Both the position numbers and the translations under genes were made by a program. The notes under the pieces were generated by a model that was not told the DNA's origin, searched no databases, and saw only the letters and a list, made by a program, of their open reading frames with translations. A stretch of DNA of 62,938 nt, filler included, from Candidatus Eiseniibacteriota bacterium (GTDB lineage Bacteria > Orphanbacterota > Orphanbacteria > Orphanbacterales > Orphanbacteraceae), in NCBI GenBank assembly GCA_043809585.1. It is 5 parts of 5 records of this genome, joined end to end, with 100 filler letters (N's around TTAATTAATTAA, not from the genome) between each part and the next. Parts side by side here need not be neighbours in the genome. Positions count along the whole stretch, not along the records: positions 37,891 to 62,938 come from JBDROZ010000083.1; 4 more parts are not named here. One strand, written 5' to 3'. Positions 57,884-62,938 of the stretch are shown here, piece after piece. The stretch's first letter is position 1. Each line of letters starts with the position of its first letter.

Positions 57884-59155
57884 TTACTTTCGGAGCGACT
57901 GCCTCTGCTCGAGCATCTGAAAGAACGAGTCGAGCCGGTTCTTGATGTTCGAGTACGAGTAGTAGCGCGGGTCCACCAGATCGGTCTCGATGAAGCTGAC
58001 CGGAATCCCGAGCCGGTCTTCGAGGGTCCGCATCATGACGAGCTGGCCGGCCGAAAAGGAGTTGCAGCTCTTGATGGAGTTCACCAGGAGGCCGTCCGCC
58101 GAGTAGCGCTTCACGTAGCCCTCGAGCAGGTCGATCCTCTGCGGCAGGTTCCGGTTCGTGTAGCACCCGAGGCAGTACTCGGCAAGACTGCCGAGCGGGT
58201 CTTTCGAAGAGTGGCGAAATCCGTCGTCATAGACGCCTCCGACGCGCGTGTACGTCGAACCGACGAAGACCGCGCCGATCTCGTAGAACATCTTCCAGAA
58301 GCCCCGGAAGTGCGTCCAGTTCGGAGGGCCCTCCACGACGAGACGGAACCGCTCGTTCTCGAGGTACCCGTCCGGTGTGATCGGTCCGAGACCGTTCGCG
58401 ACCCTGTAGCGCACCTCTTCGCGCAGCTCGCGGTAGTAATCGACGCAGTCCTCGCTCCCACGAAAGGCCGTGAAAATCGGCCCGATGTAGTAAACCCCGC
58501 CGAAGTAGGCGTCGATCGGGGAGGGCCGGTTCTCGGCCGAATCAAAGACGTCCATCAGGAGGTCCTCGGCCTCAGCCGAGAGATCGAGCTTCGCTCCCAG
58601 TTTCTCCTGGTCGAAGCGAACGCCGCTCACCTTTTCGAACTTCGGGATCACCTCCCGCACCAGCTGATCCTTGATGTATTTCACGGCGTTCGGCTCGATC
58701 CGGCCCGACTCCTGGTACGGGATGTGGAGCATGGCGATTTCGGCGTCCGGGTAGAGATGTTTCAGATTCTCGAACCACTTCATGAAGACGAAGCACCCGG
58801 TATAGCTGAGGAGGAGGAGGTCCGGCGGTGGGAGCGACTGGCCCGTCGGGCCTACGTTCCCCTGGAGCATCATGCCGATGTCGCACTTGACGTAGGAGCA
58901 GACGTCCTCCGAGTACCCCATGTCCTCGGCGGAGCGAATGTAATCTCTCGACATCTGGCGCATCCCCGACTGGAGGGCGTTGATTTCGGGGTAGACGGGA
59001 AGCATGTCGAATGCGTAGACGAGTTCGGTCAGATTGCCGGGGACGAAAGTGTAGCAGACCTTCTTCCCCGTCTCCCGAACCTGCGAGAGTTCCATGAAAT
59101 GTCCGGCGAGCATCTGCTTCTGCTTGACCATGCTTTGTTCTTTTTGGGCTTCCAT
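57884..59155 (-). CDS. bcrB: Benzoyl-CoA reductase subunit B
   Basis: SMVKQK, TFVPGNL, SEDVCSYVK, LLLSYTGCFVFMKWFE, PIDAYFGGVYYIGP, NSIKSCNSFSAGQ. Confidence 0.94.
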   Translation of the reverse strand: MEAQKEQSMVKQKQMLAGHFMELSQVRETGKKVCYTFVPGNLTELVYAFDMLPVYPEINALQSGMRQMSRDYIRSAEDMGYSEDVCSYVKCDIGMMLQGNVGPTGQSLPPPDLLLLSYTGCFVFMKWFENLKHLYPDAEIAMLHIPYQESGRIEPNAVKYIKDQLVREVIPKFEKVSGVRFDQEKLGAKLDLSAEAEDLLMDVFDSAENRPSPIDAYFGGVYYIGPIFTAFRGSEDCVDYYRELREEVRYRVANGLGPITPDGYLENERFRLVVEGPPNWTHFRGFWKMFYEIGAVFVGSTYTRVGGVYDDGFRHSSKDPLGSLAEYCLGCYTNRNLPQRIDLLEGYVKRYSADGLLVNSIKSCNSFSAGQLVMMRTLEDRLGIPVSFIETDLVDPRYYSYSNIKNRLDSFFQMLEQRQSLRK

Positions 59156-59157
59156 GG

Positions 59158-60336
59158 CTACTCCCAGAGCTTGATCATGTCGGCGAAGGTGCCGGCCTGT
59201 TCGCGGATCACGTGGAACTGGCCGAGATTCTCGTGGTACTGGAAGCTCGAGTGCTTGATGTGGTGCCGGTCCATGGCCTGCTCCAGGAGCGGCCGGTCGA
59301 GGAGGGCCGGGTCGCAAAAGCTGGGCGCGCAGAAGATGACGCCGTCGGCGGACAGTTTCCTCACCTCCGCGGCGAGGAGGTCGCCCTTCCCCTTCTCGTT
59401 CTCGTAGAGGGCCGAAGAGTAGTGGCTCCGCCCGAGATACGCGTCCACGAGGGCGCCGACCGGGTCACCGGATCCGTCCGGGATATCATCGGCAAACCAA
59501 TCGAGGCCGAGCTGAAAGTCGTCACCCACGATGTAACACCCCGCCATTTCGATCGTTCGAATCAACCCGAGCGGCGGCTGCTCGCAGAAGGCGCCGCTGA
59601 CCACCACGCGGATCCTGTCTTCCGGCTCCGCGTCGGAGGCCCTCGCGAGATCGAGGACCTTCTCGAGATAGCCGTTGTGGTCTTCGACGGAGAGCGTCTG
59701 TCCCGCGCGCCGGACAAGGTACGAGTCGAGGGCGGAGACCTTGTGAGGCTCGGCGGAGCGGAGTGAGTCGAGCTCGCGAAGGAGGCGGCGGTTCCGGTTG
59801 TAGAGCGCGATCGACCGATTGAGGCCCTCGGCGCCGACCTCCTTCCCGTTCATCTCCTTCAGATCGGCGGTGAGGCGCTCCAACTCGCTCCGGTAGAAGA
59901 CGCCCCCGACGGCGGGATCGAAGTTCTGGGGGAAGTCGAGGTATCGGACGAAGGCGCCTTCGGCGTGAAGCCGGAAGATGCCGGAAAGATTGCGGATCAC
60001 ATCGCAGATCGACGGGAAGATGAAGCCGTCGAAGTCGGAGAACTTCCCCCGCGCGAGAAGCTCGACGACGGTGCGCGGAATGTGGCAGATGTACGATTGG
60101 AAGTAGGCGTCGCCGTGTACGACCGGAATTCTGTCGCCGGCCCCGAAGATCCCGACGGGAAGCATCCCCGCGGCGTGGATGATCTCCCGCGGAACATAGA
60201 TCGGGAGGAAGCCGATCACCCGTCCCTGGGGATCGGCCTCCTTGAACCGGCGGGCGTAGGAGAACGAGAGATCGTCGAACAACTCCCGCGCGAACCCGAT
60301 CGCCTCCGCGTACGTCGCGAATTGGGTCTCGACCAT
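59158..60336 (-). CDS. bcrC: Benzoyl-CoA reductase subunit C
   Basis: PIYVPREIIHAAGM, GDAYFQSYICHIPR, FPSICDVIRNLSG, FCEQPP, SFCDPALLD, EQAGTFAD.IKLW. Confidence 0.94.
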   Translation of the reverse strand: MVETQFATYAEAIGFARELFDDLSFSYARRFKEADPQGRVIGFLPIYVPREIIHAAGMLPVGIFGAGDRIPVVHGDAYFQSYICHIPRTVVELLARGKFSDFDGFIFPSICDVIRNLSGIFRLHAEGAFVRYLDFPQNFDPAVGGVFYRSELERLTADLKEMNGKEVGAEGLNRSIALYNRNRRLLRELDSLRSAEPHKVSALDSYLVRRAGQTLSVEDHNGYLEKVLDLARASDAEPEDRIRVVVSGAFCEQPPLGLIRTIEMAGCYIVGDDFQLGLDWFADDIPDGSGDPVGALVDAYLGRSHYSSALYENEKGKGDLLAAEVRKLSADGVIFCAPSFCDPALLDRPLLEQAMDRHHIKHSSFQYHENLGQFHVIREQAGTFADMIKLWE

Positions 60337-60707
60337 GATACGATCCGTCTCCGTCTCTGGGCGGTTGCGGTCACGAATGACGGGCGTCCCGGGCGGGCGA
60401 GGGGATCCCGATCGGCTGCGCCGGGGCACGGGGCCCCGCGGGCCCCTTCCGTAAATAGAATAGTCGAGAAGAGGGTCCGACTCCAGAGGGAAATGGCGGA
60501 GGGGCGCCGGAGCAGGAGCGTCCGGCGGGGGGTGTGCGGGGACACGACATCTGTTTCGATCCGTCCGCGCCCGACCAAACCGGCAGGGCATCTCCGGCCC
60601 CGTTGTCTCGTCGGCGCGGTGTCTTCTGTTGATTTCCGCTCCTTCGGCGGGCGCCCGGCCGCCGGGAATCGGAATTGTGTGGGGCTGTTGAAAAAGGGTG
60701 AGAACCG

Positions 60708-60818
60708 ATCTTCCGGGAGGAAGCCCCGGCGGAATCGAGCGGATCGGTGGCTCCGGGTTCTGCTATCCCGCTTGTGGACCGGATGGAGAGACGCCCTGGT
60801 TCCGGTTGAGCCCCATAC
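60708..60818 (+). pseudogene. Remnant of an integrase-core (rve-type) IS transposase N-terminus
   Basis: Encodes KPRRNRADRWLRVLLSRLWTGWRDALVPVEP; paralogous to about 62778..62875. Confidence 0.65.
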
Positions 60819-61436
60819 ACCAGGGTCCCAGCTAATTCACTCGAAGAACCGGTTTTCCCCCCCTCGGGATAGCCGGATTACACTGATAGAGCGAGAAATG
60901 CACGGGAATCCGGTGGCGGATGGGGTTTCCGGTAGGGACAAGCCCCCGGAACCATGTCCCCAATGTACTGATGGCGAAAACCCGCTCGACAAGTCATCAT
61001 CCCGGTGCTAGATTGACAGGTGGGATCACGAGGACGGAACCTTTTCCCGCCGATTCGTCGCGAAGTGAACAAGCGCGCCGGCCCACGTGACCATCCGGAT
61101 ATCGCCTCGTCTGCTCAACAACCACCGGATTCCCGCTGAAGCATTTCGTCCCCGGCGACCCTCGAACAGGAGGGTTCGGTCCGTGAATCCACACGGAATC
61201 CGCAGAGCTAAATCAAGGAGCATGAGCGAAGGGCGAGGTACAGGGCCCGAAGGGAGAAGCCTCGCGGAGTCTCGGCGCTCAATGAGCCGTACGGCTCCAA
61301 GCCAGCTCTTCCTCCATCAAAAGATGCCCTGAGCACGGCCCGGGGAATTCGTCTCTCCCCGGGCCCTTTAGGCTGCCAGTACCTCAGCGGACGGCCAGAA
61401 TCGACGCCAACTGTCTCACGGAATTGAGGAGATATC

Positions 61437-62369
61437 ATGAAAGCAAACGATTGCTGCTCTGCAACCACTATACTTCTAGTAGTCGGGCTCACAGCCGCGA
61501 CGGCTTTCTTTGCGCCCCTCCTTGCATGGGACCAGGTTTACAACCTGGGTCCGGGGGTGAACACACCCGGCGATGAACGGGGACTCCAGAGAACCTATGA
61601 CGGAAGCATGCTGTTGTACTCATCCAACTGGGCGGGGGGTGACTACGATGTCTACTGGGCAACGCCGAGTGCGGGGTATGAATGGGATCTCTGCGTCTCC
61701 TGCGCGATTCCCATCCTAGATGCTCCGGGTTACAACGATCTTGCTCCCACCATGACCGAGGCCTATGATATGGTTTTCTTCGGCTCCAATAGAGCGGGCG
61801 GTCAAGGAGGCATGGACATATGGGTAACCCGCCTCGGCGGAGGCGGGTGGACTGAGCCTGAAAACCTCGGGCCTCCCGTGAACAGCCCCGGCGACGAGGA
61901 GATGCCCTACATCTCACCGGATGGAAGTTCGTTGTACTTCGGATCGGACCGGGCTGGAAGCCTCGGCAGCCATGACGTCTGGGTCAGCAACTCGTCTGAT
62001 GGAGGCTATACCTGGTCCGAACCGGAGAACTTGGGCCATCCCGTCAATGGCGCATTCAGCGAGCGGGGTCCATCTCTCAGTCCTGACGGAAGCTCGCTCT
62101 TTTTCGGATCGAACCGGCCTGGAGGAGAAGGCGGGGTAGATATCTGGATCTCTGAGAACCTCGGCGGGAGCTGGGGAGAACCGATCAACGCGGGATCACC
62201 TGTGAATACGTCTGACGATGAGACGTGCCCAAGCGGGGATGAAACGGAGCTATACTTCGGATCCACGAGACCCGGCGGTTATGGGGATAAAGACCTGTAC
62301 GTCGCCGTGGTCGAAGCCACAAGAACTGAGGCAACCACGTGGGGGAGGATCAAGAGCAGCTTCCGATAG
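61437..62369 (+). CDS. Secreted PD40-repeat beta-propeller protein with C-terminal TWGRIK motif
   Basis: RBS GAGGAG; signal peptide; repeats W.EPENLG.PVN....E..P..SPDG..LYF.S.R.G..G..DIW. Confidence 0.85.
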   Translation: MKANDCCSATTILLVVGLTAATAFFAPLLAWDQVYNLGPGVNTPGDERGLQRTYDGSMLLYSSNWAGGDYDVYWATPSAGYEWDLCVSCAIPILDAPGYNDLAPTMTEAYDMVFFGSNRAGGQGGMDIWVTRLGGGGWTEPENLGPPVNSPGDEEMPYISPDGSSLYFGSDRAGSLGSHDVWVSNSSDGGYTWSEPENLGHPVNGAFSERGPSLSPDGSSLFFGSNRPGGEGGVDIWISENLGGSWGEPINAGSPVNTSDDETCPSGDETELYFGSTRPGGYGDKDLYVAVVEATRTEATTWGRIKSSFR

Positions 62370-62665
62370 CATGGGGTGCGCCTTCGAAAGACCCATCCTC
62401 CTTGGGGCTCTTGACCTTACGGCGATTGTTTTGCGTCGCCAGAACCAGGCACCTCTTCCAGAACCGGTTTCTTAGACCCAAGTGTGGTGGCAGTACGACG
62501 CGTCGCCACGTGCTCACTTTACCAGCACCGTCTTCTTCGTCGCCGTGAAATCGCCAACCATAAGGCGGGCAAGAGAGGGAGTATATCTACCGCCTGTCCC
62601 TCTCGTAAATCCCGTCGGCCTTGGTCCGCTTGACCTTAGACGGATCGTGATTCACGCTTACTTCC

Positions 62666-62938
62666 ATGATATCACAACTACTGAGTCTCGCATCGTCACT
62701 GGTCAAGACGCGCCGGGCGCTGGTTCTGGAGAATCTGGCGCTTCGGCATCAACTTCAAGTGTTGCAACGGTCTGGAAAGAAGCCCCGGCTGAATCGTGGA
62801 TCGGGGTTTCTGGGTGCTGCTCTCCCGCCTATGGTCTGGATGGAGAGACGCCCTGGTCCTCGTCGAGCCGGCGACCGTGGTCGGCTGGCATCGACAGGGA
62901 TTCCGGCTCTACTGGAGGTGGAGGTCTAGGAGAACGGG
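62666..62938 (+). pseudogene. Frameshifted IS transposase (integrase-core type), truncated at window end
   Basis: LVLENLALRHQL..KPRLNR, then DRGFWVLLSRLWSGWRDALVLVEPATVVGWHRQGFRLYWRWRSR in another frame (about 2-nt deletion near 62797). Confidence 0.75.

Noticed and set aside
1-62938. CRISPR array, rRNA or selenocysteine read-through
   Set aside because: No regularly spaced repeat-spacer array, no rRNA-like sequence, and no catalytic in-frame TGA was noticed

Overview
High-GC bacterial DNA, probably from a metagenome-assembled genome. It consists of five separate contigs joined by artificial 100-nt N/TTAATTAATTAA linkers, so adjacency across the linkers means nothing. T9SS-type C-terminal domains, PorV and a C-terminal TWGRIK motif point to an FCB-related candidate phylum (Eisenbacteria/Krumholzibacteriota/Latescibacterota-like; inference). 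Contig 1: TonB-dependent receptor-PorV-lipoprotein-T9SS cargo cluster, flanked by purine nucleoside phosphorylase and cytidine deaminase. Contig 2: large (Alu-domain) SRP RNA, three tRNAs, a fatty acid desaturase, tadA, two GT-C/TPR glycosyltransferases and a TolB-like lipoprotein. Contig 3: tupABC-moeA-moaA-mobA and fdhD. Contig 4: a 7-PAS/GAF histidine kinase, a response regulator, pyk and an EamA transporter. Contig 5: an anaerobic aromatic degradation cluster (class I benzoyl-CoA reductase bcrCBAD, had-oah-dch, SDR, two thiolases, a HAD/ECH fusion, 4-hydroxybenzoyl-CoA reductase hcrCAB). A four-gene module is inserted in this operon: acyl-CoA ligase, a lone 2-hydroxyacyl-CoA dehydratase subunit, a PanE-type reductase and an HgdC-type activase. 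This module is the best candidate for an undescribed system, a possible aryl-lactyl-CoA/cinnamoyl-CoA route feeding Phe/Tyr into benzoyl-CoA dearomatisation. Three families of small dispersed repeats sit mostly at contig ends.
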